From Bacillota bacterium (GTDB lineage: Bacteria > Bacillota_I > Bacilli_A > RF39 > UBA660): a stretch of DNA of 64,000 nucleotides. The notes beneath the pieces were generated by a model that was not told the DNA's origin, made no database searches, and saw nothing but the letters and a program-made list of their open reading frames with translations. Location: NCBI GenBank assembly GCA_015059495.1, contig SVAI01000001.1:1055811-1119810 (forward strand), read 5' to 3'. Position numbers and translations under genes: made by a program. The first letter of the stretch is position 1. Every line of letters begins with the position of its first letter. Below, one piece after another: positions 29,784 through 38,966 of the stretch.

Positions 29784-31921
29784 TATTTATCATATAGATT
29801 TTCTTCTGTTGCAGTTCCTCTAGTTTTACCAGTTGGTGTCCAACCATCTAAACTTGGCTCACTGCTCCATTTGTATTCATATGTAGTAGATGTACTAGTT
29901 ACAGGTATTGGATCAGCACATTCTAGTGAGTGCTTAATACACTTATCTTTATCTAGAATATAACCATCTGGACAACTATAACCTTTTAATCCACCTTTAA
30001 TTGTTTTAATACATTTATCATCAACTAATTGTTCTTCAGCACTTTCACAATAATATGTAGTCTTATCTTCAACATAGATAGAACACTTAGTATTTTCTCC
30101 TTCTCCTTCTTTCTTATAACCAGTAGGACATTCATAAGCATATGTCTTCTTAGTTGTAGGAGTAGTATATTGATAACATGTAGTTCCTTCTCTTACATAA
30201 CCAGTAGGACATGTATATTGAGTTTCAGAAGTATGTGGAGTAGCTGGTTCTGATTTAATACATTGAGTTCCACTCATTGTATAACCAACAGGACAACTAT
30301 AACTTGTACTTGAATTATAAGTTGAATTAACAGTTCTTGTACATGTATTATTACTATTAATATTATATCCAACAGGACAACTATAACTTGTAGTTCCTGG
30401 AGTAGTAGAACAATTCTTATTAGCATATTCATAACATGTAGATGAAGATTGAGTTCTACCATCATTACATGTGTAATATGAACTTGATGTACTAGATGGT
30501 CTAGTCATATAACATGTAGAACCATTTCTATTACCTTGAGGACAATTGTAATTTGTTATAGCAGTATATGTACAATATGTATATGTACATCCTCTAGCAG
30601 TACAATTTTGACCTGTTTTAACTCTCTTAGATGAACTATTTTCATATTCAGATAATTGTCTAGATGAAGTTGTACAACTTGGATTAGACCAAGATCTTGT
30701 AGCGTTAGCAGCTTTAGTACATTGACTTCCACTTGGACTCCATCCACTAGGACAATTACCATAGTTTGTAGATCCTGCATGATATGAACCAGTATAAGTT
30801 CTTACACAGTTTCCACCATTATCTCTATATCCATAAGGACAATTACATGTAGTAGAACCACTTGTAGTTGTTCTAGTAGCATTAACAGTACTTGTACATC
30901 TTAATTGATCAGCACTGATTGTATATCCACTAGGACAAGTATAACTACCAGTCTTATGTTCAATTCTTTGAGTAGTAGCAATACATGATGTACCACTTAA
31001 TGTATATCCACTAGGACATTCATAAGTAGTAGTACCAGGTATTACAGTAGCATTTACATATTTATAACAAATGTTACCATTCTTTGTATATCCTTCAGGA
31101 CATACATCTTCACTTGAAACTTCAATTTTTTTAGCTTCAGCATATTTAGTATATCCACCACTCTTATTTTCTTTAGCATCAGTAGTTTGTACTACATCAT
31201 CAAAGTAAAGTGGAGTAGCAGGAATTGTTTCTCCTGTTTCATACTTATAACATACATTATTATCTTTAACATAACCTTCAGGGCAAGTATAAGTAGTGCT
31301 AGTCTTAGTTATAGCTCTCTTATATTCATATTCAACATTTCCACCCTTATCGTATTTAGAATCACCACTATTAATGATACTTGCATCTATTTCAATCCCA
31401 TCATCTTCATCTTTATCATTTTCAGATTTATCTTTAGATTGATTGTTTGAAGTAGATGAACCATTATCTTTTGATTCTCTATTATTATTTGAACTAGTAC
31501 TTGCAGTAGTTGTATTTAATGTTTCTAAAACATAATCAGTTTTATCATCACAAGATAATTGTACTTTTAAAACATAATTATTATTCTCAGTTTTAGTAAC
31601 TTGAGCAAATGAATTAGTAGTACTACATTCATTATTATCTTTATCAGTAAATTCTGTTATTAATTTCTTATCTAACATATCTTGTAGCTTAATAGTATTT
31701 GAACTACCAGTTTTGCTAGGTAAGTTTTCATTAACAAAATACTTTTCAGCTACATCCTTCATATTATTTAAATTTTCATTATAAACTCTATTATAAAATG
31801 TATCTAATTTAGGAATAGGGAATAACCAAATAAATACTAATATTAATAATATTACAGCAATTAATTTAAGTATTAATCCCTTCCAATCAATTTTAATTTT
31901 AACATTATCCTCATAATACAT
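29783..31921 (-). CDS. Bitopic surface protein with S/T/N-rich linker and 13 tandem CPxGY-x(5-10)-C two-cysteine repeats
   Basis: 712 aa; N-terminal TM ILKLIAVILLILVFIWLF; repeats such as CPEGYVKDNNVCYKY, CPSGYTLSGTSC, CPVGYTMSGTQC, CPTGYVREGTTCYQY; third gene of a minus-strand operon. Confidence 0.5.
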   Translation of the reverse strand: MYYEDNVKIKIDWKGLILKLIAVILLILVFIWLFPIPKLDTFYNRVYNENLNNMKDVAEKYFVNENLPSKTGSSNTIKLQDMLDKKLITEFTDKDNNECSTTNSFAQVTKTENNNYVLKVQLSCDDKTDYVLETLNTTTASTSSNNNRESKDNGSSTSNNQSKDKSENDKDEDDGIEIDASIINSGDSKYDKGGNVEYEYKRAITKTSTTYTCPEGYVKDNNVCYKYETGETIPATPLYFDDVVQTTDAKENKSGGYTKYAEAKKIEVSSEDVCPEGYTKNGNICYKYVNATVIPGTTTYECPSGYTLSGTSCIATTQRIEHKTGSYTCPSGYTISADQLRCTSTVNATRTTTSGSTTCNCPYGYRDNGGNCVRTYTGSYHAGSTNYGNCPSGWSPSGSQCTKAANATRSWSNPSCTTSSRQLSEYENSSSKRVKTGQNCTARGCTYTYCTYTAITNYNCPQGNRNGSTCYMTRPSSTSSSYYTCNDGRTQSSSTCYEYANKNCSTTPGTTSYSCPVGYNINSNNTCTRTVNSTYNSSTSYSCPVGYTMSGTQCIKSEPATPHTSETQYTCPTGYVREGTTCYQYTTPTTKKTYAYECPTGYKKEGEGENTKCSIYVEDKTTYYCESAEEQLVDDKCIKTIKGGLKGYSCPDGYILDKDKCIKHSLECADPIPVTSTSTTYEYKWSSEPSLDGWTPTGKTRGTATEENLYDK

Positions 31922-31932
31922 ATAAATACCCC

Positions 31933-33027
31933 CTATCTAGATCTCTTTCCAAGGATGTCTTCAAATCCTTCATTTACTTTTTGGAATGGAACTGTACCAT
32001 CATAAGATGATATCCATTTAGTTTCTTCTATATTTTCACTCTTACTGAATAAATTATCTACAGCATCAGGACAATATAATCCATCTTGTTCTATTTCATA
32101 TGTTCCACCATTATCAATAATATCTTGTCCGTTATAACCGTAATATAAATCTATACCTTCAGCATCAAGTGTGTGATTCTTTTGATGTTTTCTAGCATTA
32201 ATCATATTACCTGTATTTCTATATTGTTCGTATTGTTCTCTAGCCCAATCAATATATACAACATATTTATTGTATTGTGGAATTGCAGTTCTATAATCTA
32301 AGAAATTCTTAACTATATAATTATATAAATCATTTGCGCTTGCATAATCTGTAGAACCATTAAAGTTCTTTAAGTTATATGATAATTTTTCTCCTTCTTC
32401 CATTATAGTTCTCATATAAGTTCCTTCTGGAATAAGGCTGCTTAAATTTGGTTCTATACCATGTGTAACACAAGATTTATAATAATCAGCTATTATTTCA
32501 TCAAACATCGCTTGAGAATTAATTGAAGACTCAATACCTTTTTGGGTTTCATCAAACATGTTTATGAAATTAACAAAATTAATTACATCTTCTTTTGATT
32601 GGAAACTTTCAGCAAATTCTCCATATTTATTTCTATATTCAACTATTTGATTAAAGAATGCATCAACATTAGAATAATCTAATTCTTCATCACTAAAATC
32701 AAATTCAGCAGTTGTATTAGTGCTTTCTATTGTAGAAGCAATTTCTTCTTCGATAGTAGGTTGAATAACTGTTTCAGTATCTTCAATAATTGTAGAATCA
32801 CTGCTTATATTTTCCTCATTATTTTCATCTGATTTATTAGCTGCATGATGATAACCAAGAGCACATATAACTAAGGCTGTACCAATAGCTATACGACAAA
32901 TAGATTTCTTCATTTCTTCATCAGAATCAAGTTTATCATATTCTTCTTCGTTTATTACTTTATGAACTTTTTCGTCGGTATTGTCATAACTAGACTCAAA
33001 TTCTTTATCTAATTTCCATTTTCTCAT
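31933..33027 (-). CDS. Hypothetical bitopic membrane protein (short acidic cytoplasmic N-terminus, about 300-aa extracytoplasmic domain)
   Basis: 364 aa; TM ICRIAIGTALVICALGY; 11-nt gap from flanking genes (operon). Confidence 0.4.
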   Translation of the reverse strand: MRKWKLDKEFESSYDNTDEKVHKVINEEEYDKLDSDEEMKKSICRIAIGTALVICALGYHHAANKSDENNEENISSDSTIIEDTETVIQPTIEEEIASTIESTNTTAEFDFSDEELDYSNVDAFFNQIVEYRNKYGEFAESFQSKEDVINFVNFINMFDETQKGIESSINSQAMFDEIIADYYKSCVTHGIEPNLSSLIPEGTYMRTIMEEGEKLSYNLKNFNGSTDYASANDLYNYIVKNFLDYRTAIPQYNKYVVYIDWAREQYEQYRNTGNMINARKHQKNHTLDAEGIDLYYGYNGQDIIDNGGTYEIEQDGLYCPDAVDNLFSKSENIEETKWISSYDGTVPFQKVNEGFEDILGKRSR

Positions 33028-33038
33028 GCTATCACCTC

Positions 33039-34658
33039 TTATCCTAATGTTCTAACGTTTTCGTTATCTAAAGCGTTTATTCTTAATTGCATAATGTAAG
33101 AATTATCATATGGTTTAACCTTATTATATACTTTTTTAGCATTTTCTCTTACTTCCGCTGGAACACTATTAAGTTCATTTTGGTATTCAGAACCTTCTAA
33201 ACCGTTTTCTTCAGCACATCCTGAAGCAATTAGCATTGAACTATATCCAGTTACTTGATCAGTAATAGCACTTAGATTCCATATAGCTGCGTAATCATCA
33301 GGTGATAAGTAATCAACAGCGCTATTAATTGCATTATAAGCATTATTTTCATCATCGTAAGAATTATTATTTTGATCTATAGCTTTAGTAGATAAGAATA
33401 ATGTGTTCATTACTTGATATGAATCAAGATTTTCGAAGAACATTGATGTATCAATTCCATTATTATATAATACTTGGAATAATTCATAAGCAGTTTCACC
33501 ACTTAATATAGTATTGTCTCTTGTATATCTAACTAATGCTTCAATAGTTTCACGATTAAACATATCTTTAACTACTGGATCACTTATTTTAGAAATTTCA
33601 CTTTCAATTTTATCGACTGTTTCATATATAACAGTATCACTATTAACATCTAATTCGACTTCATATGGTTCTTCTTCGATTGTTGAAACTTGTTCAGTTA
33701 TTTCTTCCTCAACTTCAGTATCATCATCAATAGAGTTAATCATATTAGTGGCTATAGAATTTTTATCTATACCATTTTCTTCTAAAATAGATTCTGCTCT
33801 CTTAGAAGAATTAGATGAATAGGTTAATATAGCAATTGCTAAAGCAGAAATACCTGCGACAGTTATGAAAGCTTTTGAACCTAAAGATGATAGCTTAACA
33901 GCAAATCTTTCTTTTTTATCTACTTCCTCAACTTTTTCAACCTTTTGAGGTTCTTCTTCAGTATCTTTAAAGATTGGTTTAATATTGTTATCATTTCCAT
34001 TATTTTTAGTATTATCATTATTTTTTTCAATCTTAATAACAGGATCAGTTTTTTCTTCGACTTTTGGTTCTTCTTTTACTTCTTTACTCACATCGTTATT
34101 TTTTTTGCTGTTTTTGATATCTATTATATCAATATCTCTATCCCCATCTTGATTTAATATATCTAAAAGTTCTTTTTTGATATCATCATCATCTTCTTTG
34201 ATATCATCATCATCTTCTTTATAATCATCAATAGTTTCTTGATTAGATTTAGTAGATAACTTACGTTCTAATTCATTAATGTATTCTTCTCTTTCGTCAT
34301 TTAATTTTCTTAAATCTTCATTCTCTTTAAGTAACTTATCTAATTGTTCAATAGATTGTAGATTGCTTTCATTTTCTTGACTTGATTTAGCCATTTCTTT
34401 ATCATATACAGCATCATATTCTGCTCTAGTTTCGCTATTAGATAAAACTTTTATAGCTTCCATAATAGCTGAGAAGTATTGATATTTCTCTTTTTCGCTT
34501 ACTTTCTCCATATTAGCATTGTTTCTTGAAATATCACCGGCAAACATAATTGCACTATTACCATTTCTAATAATTTCTTCAGTAGATGCATCTTTATTTA
34601 CACCTATCATTTCATAATAATTAATAAAAAAACCTTTATTATCATAATACTTTTCCAT
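33039..34658 (-). CDS. Membrane protein with N-terminal J-domain-like module lacking HPD, coiled coil, acidic repeats, TM and extracytoplasmic C-terminal domain
   Basis: YYEMIGVNKDASTEEI...AIMFAGD...YFSAIMEAIKVLSNSETRAEYD aligns with the DnaJ J-domain but HPD is AGD; DDDDIKEDDDDIK repeat; TM FITVAGISALAIAILTY. Confidence 0.4.
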   Translation of the reverse strand: MEKYYDNKGFFINYYEMIGVNKDASTEEIIRNGNSAIMFAGDISRNNANMEKVSEKEKYQYFSAIMEAIKVLSNSETRAEYDAVYDKEMAKSSQENESNLQSIEQLDKLLKENEDLRKLNDEREEYINELERKLSTKSNQETIDDYKEDDDDIKEDDDDIKKELLDILNQDGDRDIDIIDIKNSKKNNDVSKEVKEEPKVEEKTDPVIKIEKNNDNTKNNGNDNNIKPIFKDTEEEPQKVEKVEEVDKKERFAVKLSSLGSKAFITVAGISALAIAILTYSSNSSKRAESILEENGIDKNSIATNMINSIDDDTEVEEEITEQVSTIEEEPYEVELDVNSDTVIYETVDKIESEISKISDPVVKDMFNRETIEALVRYTRDNTILSGETAYELFQVLYNNGIDTSMFFENLDSYQVMNTLFLSTKAIDQNNNSYDDENNAYNAINSAVDYLSPDDYAAIWNLSAITDQVTGYSSMLIASGCAEENGLEGSEYQNELNSVPAEVRENAKKVYNKVKPYDNSYIMQLRINALDNENVRTLG

Positions 34659-34753
34659 ATTCCTTTACCCCCTATAACGAATGAATGTTTCATCCGTTTT
34701 TATTGGTTCTATATACTATCACTTGTCTATTTAAATGTCAAGTATAAGTTCGA

Positions 34754-34783
34754 TTGACATTTCGGCCATTTTTATGCTAAAAT
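34754..34783 (+). promoter_or_regulatory. Promoter of ssrA (tmRNA)
   Basis: TTGACA (34754-59), 18-nt spacer, TGcTAAAAT extended -10 (34775-83). Confidence 0.5.
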
Positions 34784-34798
34784 TAGGGCATAAATGGG

Positions 34799-35168
34799 GT
34801 AGCTTATTGGTTTCGACAAGCTAGTCTTATGATAGATGTTTGCAAGTAGTCCGATATGACTTAAAACTGTCAAATTAAAATTAAATGACAAAAATGAAAG
34901 CTCTTTCGGAGCATTCACTCCTGTATTTGCCTAATTAAAGGTTGGGAGTTCTCTATCTTAGGTTCACCTATAGCTTAAGAATAGGGATCATATTTATAGG
35001 TTATATATTATAATTGATTAGGTTATAATACGAATCTTACTAATCTTAGTTAAAGAGTAGGTGTGTGATAGCCGGCGCTTTAATGAAATAATAATTATCA
35101 CTAAACTTGTAGATGATGTCTAATCATATAGTTTGGACAGGAGTTCGATTCTCCTCTACTCCACCAAA
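34799..35168 (+). ncRNA. ssrA: Transfer-messenger RNA (tmRNA, SsrA)
   Basis: 5' GGGGTAGCTTATTGGTTTCGACA and 3' GGACAGGAGTTCGATTCTCCTCTACTCCACCA; acceptor stem GGGGTAG/CTACTCC with the G3:U wobble alanine determinant; T-arm GTTCGATTC; in-frame tag reading ...gac aaa aat gaa agc tct ttc gga gca ttc act cct gta ttt gcc TAA (34887-34934) gives (A)DKNESSFGAFTPVFA. Confidence 0.85.
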
Positions 35169-35263
35169 TTAAAAATAAAGACAAGAAATTGTCTTTTTTT
35201 ATTTCCAATAAATACCATAATTATTTACTATTCTTAAACCATAATATAATTAGGAGGTATATT

Positions 35264-35443
35264 ATGACTCAAAAGGAATTACTTTATTTAGAAGATGCAT
35301 ATAATCATGAAAAGAATATAATTGATATTTATAATAATTTAGAAATGGAAGTTGTAGAAGATTTCATGACAAAAGAATTAAAAAGACATGAACTAATGAA
35401 AAATAAAATAAAAAAATTACTGGAGATGAAAGCAAATGACTAG
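35264..35443 (+). CDS. Small helical protein, partner of CotF-like protein
   Basis: AGGAGG SD before ATG 35264 (ORF-track 35189 is an extension); overlaps the next gene by 8 nt. Confidence 0.4.
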   Translation: MTQKELLYLEDAYNHEKNIIDIYNNLEMEVVEDFMTKELKRHELMKNKIKKLLEMKAND

Positions 35444-35681
35444 TGAATTATTATTACAAAATTATCTTCTACTAGTTAAAAGTACAATAGAGGTATATGT
35501 TCATGGAACAATAGAATCTTCGAATAAAGAAGTAAGAGAAATACTTCATGATGGTTTAAATGAAACATTAAAACATCAAGAAAATGTGTATAACGAACTA
35601 GTTAATAACAACTATTATGTAGTTGATAATATTAACTCTAGTGCTATAAATAAAGTAATAAATAAACTAAACAAGGACTAA
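35436..35681 (+). CDS. Spore coat protein F (CotF)-like domain protein
   Basis: LLVKSTIEVYVHGTIESSNKEVREILHDGLNETLKHQENVYNELVNNNYY resembles the Coat_F domain pattern. Confidence 0.45.
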   Translation: MTSELLLQNYLLLVKSTIEVYVHGTIESSNKEVREILHDGLNETLKHQENVYNELVNNNYYVVDNINSSAINKVINKLNKD

Positions 35682-35750
35682 TCCTTGTTTTAAATTTGCA
35701 TTTTTTAAAAAAAGTAGTATAATATCTAAGCATTAAAGAAGGGGTGTAAT

Positions 35751-36323
35751 ATGTACAAGTATTATTGTTATATAACTGAAAAAGGACCTATATACATTGT
35801 AAAGGAATTTGAGAAGGTAAATGGACAATTATTTCTAAAAAGAATGTTTGAATTTTATTCTCATGAACCAGTTGAAGAATACTATAATTATTTAATGTTT
35901 AATAAAGGAAATAAATACCTTAGATTTGGTGATTTTGAAATAGATAACGATGACTTTATTACTACTAACTCTCAAATAGTTGAATTAAGTTTATTTCAAC
36001 TAAGATGTATCACAAATGGTTATTTACATGAAGGTATTAATCCGGCTGAAGAAACAAAGAAAATAATTGAAAGTGGTATATCTAGAGAAGAAGCAGACGA
36101 AGCACTAAGAAGAAAATGGGAATCAAAGGTTAAATCTCAAGAAAATATAATTGCTAAAGAAAAAGAAGTGGCAGAAGTAGTAAAAAGATTAAAGAGAAGA
36201 AAAACAAATCATGAAATTGTTAGTAGAAGATCTAATACAAATACTACTGAGGAAGAAAAAAAATTAAAAACTTTTATGTACGTATTTGGAGATTTATTTG
36301 AAGAAGAAGAAATAAGATATTAA
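35751..36323 (+). CDS. Hypothetical protein with K/E-rich C-terminus
   Basis: 190 aa ORF with SD; no domain recognised. Confidence 0.35.
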   Translation: MYKYYCYITEKGPIYIVKEFEKVNGQLFLKRMFEFYSHEPVEEYYNYLMFNKGNKYLRFGDFEIDNDDFITTNSQIVELSLFQLRCITNGYLHEGINPAEETKKIIESGISREEADEALRRKWESKVKSQENIIAKEKEVAEVVKRLKRRKTNHEIVSRRSNTNTTEEEKKLKTFMYVFGDLFEEEEIRY

Positions 36324-36350
36324 AAAAACACTCTAACGAGTGTTTTTTAC
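36324..36350. terminator. Bidirectional terminator
   Basis: aaaaaacactctaacgagtgtttttt palindrome between convergent genes. Confidence 0.55.
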
Positions 36351-37568
36351 ATAACTATCATCTAAAACTTTATCAGATTCAACATTGACAGAAACTAATT
36401 TTACTTCATCATCAACAAATCTATAAATGTATACACCACCATCTTCTTTATTAGGTACATATTGCATTACATTACATACATAATTAGGATCACCTGCACC
36501 ACATGCGTATGAATAAGGTAAGAAACTTGTATCAGCAGGATTATCTAATACTTCTCTAGTAGTTTTACCTGTACCTGCTTCCATAGCAGCCATAACTTCA
36601 TAGAAATTACCATGACCTTTATTATAATATTCTAATATTGCAAACATGTTATCAGTATCTAATACATAAGCTGCATGAGCTAATATTATATTAATTGCAG
36701 CTATATTAGTAGGTGGATTAGTTAATTCTTTACTAGTAATAGTAATGTCAGCATTTTTATAATTTTCTGGTGTATCTGTAAATACAACAGTTATCCATTT
36801 ATTTTCATCATAATTATAAACTTTTAAAAGTTGTCCTTCCCATTCGGAGTGTTCTATTTGACCTTTATTACTACCTTTACCATGAGACTCTTGAGTATAT
36901 AATCCACATGCTACATATGGCGAAACACCATATTTTTTACCATATTTAATAAATTCATCTTTATATTCACTTTGAATATCTATTATTTCTTGTTCCATGG
37001 ATCTATCAACGATATCTAAAGATGCTGAAGGTATTACTTCTTGAACTACTTCTTCTTCAATTTTAGGTTCTTCTTGAATAGTTTCTTCAACAACATTATT
37101 TTCTTCTTTAATAGCTATTTGATTATCTATTTGTTCAAATTCGATACCTTCACTATATTTATTACTTAAATCTTCTTCTTTTAAATAAGTAGTAACTAAC
37201 ATACTAGCCATAACAATAGGTGCAACAACAACACCAACTTTACCGACTAAGTTATTACTAACTTTTTTACCTTTATGTTTCTTTTCCTGTATTTTTCTTT
37301 CATTTTCTTTTGCGGTTTTAATAGTATTATCTAAAAGATCTCTATATTTAGATAAAAAGAATTGAGTACAACCTTGAATTACTACATTATATCCGTGTTT
37401 ACTATTCTTAATAATAAGATTATTTCCTTTATTATATATCTTATTATTTTTAGTTTTATCAACTTCCTTTAAAAATTCAATAGCAAGATCTTGTTTAATT
37501 CGTTTGTTATTATTTCCATCTATACACAATAAGGAACCATCAAGTATTGTATAATATATATTATGCAA
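36333..37568 (-). CDS. Bitopic membrane protein with possible lytic-transglycosylase (SLT)-like extracytoplasmic domain
   Basis: 411 aa; TM VGKVGVVVAPIVMASMLVTTYL; YTQESHGKG and EYYNKGHGNF weakly resemble SLT ES... and AYNAG motifs. Confidence 0.3.
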   Translation of the reverse strand: MHNIYYTILDGSLLCIDGNNNKRIKQDLAIEFLKEVDKTKNNKIYNKGNNLIIKNSKHGYNVVIQGCTQFFLSKYRDLLDNTIKTAKENERKIQEKKHKGKKVSNNLVGKVGVVVAPIVMASMLVTTYLKEEDLSNKYSEGIEFEQIDNQIAIKEENNVVEETIQEEPKIEEEVVQEVIPSASLDIVDRSMEQEIIDIQSEYKDEFIKYGKKYGVSPYVACGLYTQESHGKGSNKGQIEHSEWEGQLLKVYNYDENKWITVVFTDTPENYKNADITITSKELTNPPTNIAAINIILAHAAYVLDTDNMFAILEYYNKGHGNFYEVMAAMEAGTGKTTREVLDNPADTSFLPYSYACGAGDPNYVCNVMQYVPNKEDGGVYIYRFVDDEVKLVSVNVESDKVLDDSYVKNTR

Positions 37569-37797
37569 TGTTAAACGCCTCCTTTAGTTTATCTAATAAA
37601 CTATTATCAATTTCTTTTAAGATAATTTTATTATCTACTATTTCATATTCACTAATATACATATTATCTTTATCAGCATATAGTACATAATATTTACCAT
37701 CTACTTCTTTAGAATCAATATATTCATAAGTCTTGCCATCTATTTTTATTTCAAAAGGATTCATAAATACACTTCCTATTCTGATAATATTATACAT
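37561..37797 (-). CDS. Small hypothetical protein, translationally coupled upstream of the SLT-like gene
   Basis: 78 aa; stop overlaps the downstream start (8-nt overlap). Confidence 0.3.
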   Translation of the reverse strand: MYNIIRIGSVFMNPFEIKIDGKTYEYIDSKEVDGKYYVLYADKDNMYISEYEIVDNKIILKEIDNSLLDKLKEAFNIA

Positions 37798-37889
37798 TAT
37801 AATTGTCCATTTTACACTACAAGTGTATAATTACTTTACATTATTAATATAAACATTTATACTTAATAATAGATAGGGAGGTATTAAAT

Positions 37890-38174
37890 ATGGCATTAAC
37901 TTATAGAGAACCAGACTATACTATTACACTAGAAAACTATACTGAAGAAAATGAAAAGTATCATACAGAGCAAATTAGATCTGTTCATTCAGTTGAAAAA
38001 GGATGGTTTGTTGGTGAACCAGAAAGAATAACTAGATCTGACGGTTCAGTTACATTAGTTTATGATTTACAAAAGTTTGATTCTGAAGAAGAAGCACGTC
38101 AAGAATATGCTAAAAATGGTATAGATTTAGATAAAGCAAAAGAAATTCAACAATTCCAAGGATATTCTAGATAG
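37890..38174 (+). CDS. Hypothetical small acidic protein
   Basis: 94 aa; GGGAGG SD. Confidence 0.35.
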   Translation: MALTYREPDYTITLENYTEENEKYHTEQIRSVHSVEKGWFVGEPERITRSDGSVTLVYDLQKFDSEEEARQEYAKNGIDLDKAKEIQQFQGYSR

Positions 38175-38235
38175 GATATCTTTTTTGCTTTATTTAACTT
38201 TAAGTGATATAATTTAATTACTTAAGGGGTGCGCT

Positions 38236-38946
38236 ATGAGAGTTTATGTGAAGAAAATAAATGATTATTTATTTGCTAAGGGTAAAGTCTTTGCAAAAGG
38301 TTTTTGTAAGGAAAAACTTTTCTTTATGTTCCTTTTTGGTTGTATCTTTGGTTGTGTATGGGAAGAACTACTAACTCTTATAGATACATACAAAAGATTT
38401 GGTGTACCAATATGGGAAACAAGAAGAGGAGTTTTATATGGAGAATTATCTCCAATATATGGCTTTGGATGTGTACTTTTACTAGTAATATTAATGCATA
38501 AAAAAAGAAACTTCTTTGAATACTTTGCTATAGGTGCATTAATAGGTGGAGTATATGAATACTTTATGTCATTCTTACAAGAAAAACTAACCGGAGCAGT
38601 ATCATGGGATTATTCAACATTAATGCTTAACATCAATGGTAGAACAACAATTCCATTCATGGCCTTCTGGGGATTACTTTCAGTAATATTCGTTTATGTA
38701 TTTTATCCACTCGTCTCGCACTTCATAGAAAAAATACCATATAACTTTGGTAGATTATTGTATCATGTACTAGTAGTTCTAGTAAGTTTAGATTTAGTAT
38801 TAACTTATGCAGCAGTTGCAAGACAAACACTAAGAAATGCTGGATATCCACCATATACACCAATAGGTAGGACTCTAGATAAATACTATCCAAACGAAAG
38901 AATTGCTAAAGCGTTTGTCAACGCACAATTTAAAGATAAAAATTAA
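38236..38946 (+). CDS. DUF1113/CmpB-like (putative ABC-transporter type IV) membrane protein
   Basis: LFGCIFGCVWEELLTLIDTYKRFGVPIWETRRGVLYGELSPIYGFGCVLLLVIL resembles the CmpB family; AAGGGG SD. Confidence 0.4.
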   Translation: MRVYVKKINDYLFAKGKVFAKGFCKEKLFFMFLFGCIFGCVWEELLTLIDTYKRFGVPIWETRRGVLYGELSPIYGFGCVLLLVILMHKKRNFFEYFAIGALIGGVYEYFMSFLQEKLTGAVSWDYSTLMLNINGRTTIPFMAFWGLLSVIFVYVFYPLVSHFIEKIPYNFGRLLYHVLVVLVSLDLVLTYAAVARQTLRNAGYPPYTPIGRTLDKYYPNERIAKAFVNAQFKDKN

Positions 38947-38966
38947 TAAAACAAATATAATTTAAT

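Noticed and set aside
34811-34819. Second TTCGACA (0A-box complement) at the tmRNA 5' end
   Set aside because: It is part of the universally conserved tmRNA GGUUUCGACA acceptor or D-analogue region, so the match is coincidental and not a Spo0A site.
35169-35265. Integrase or prophage attachment immediately 3' of tmRNA
   Set aside because: No tyrosine or serine recombinase ORF exists on either strand within several kb, and no obvious duplicated copy of the ssrA 3' end was seen by eye. The island hypothesis is kept only as a low-confidence inference.
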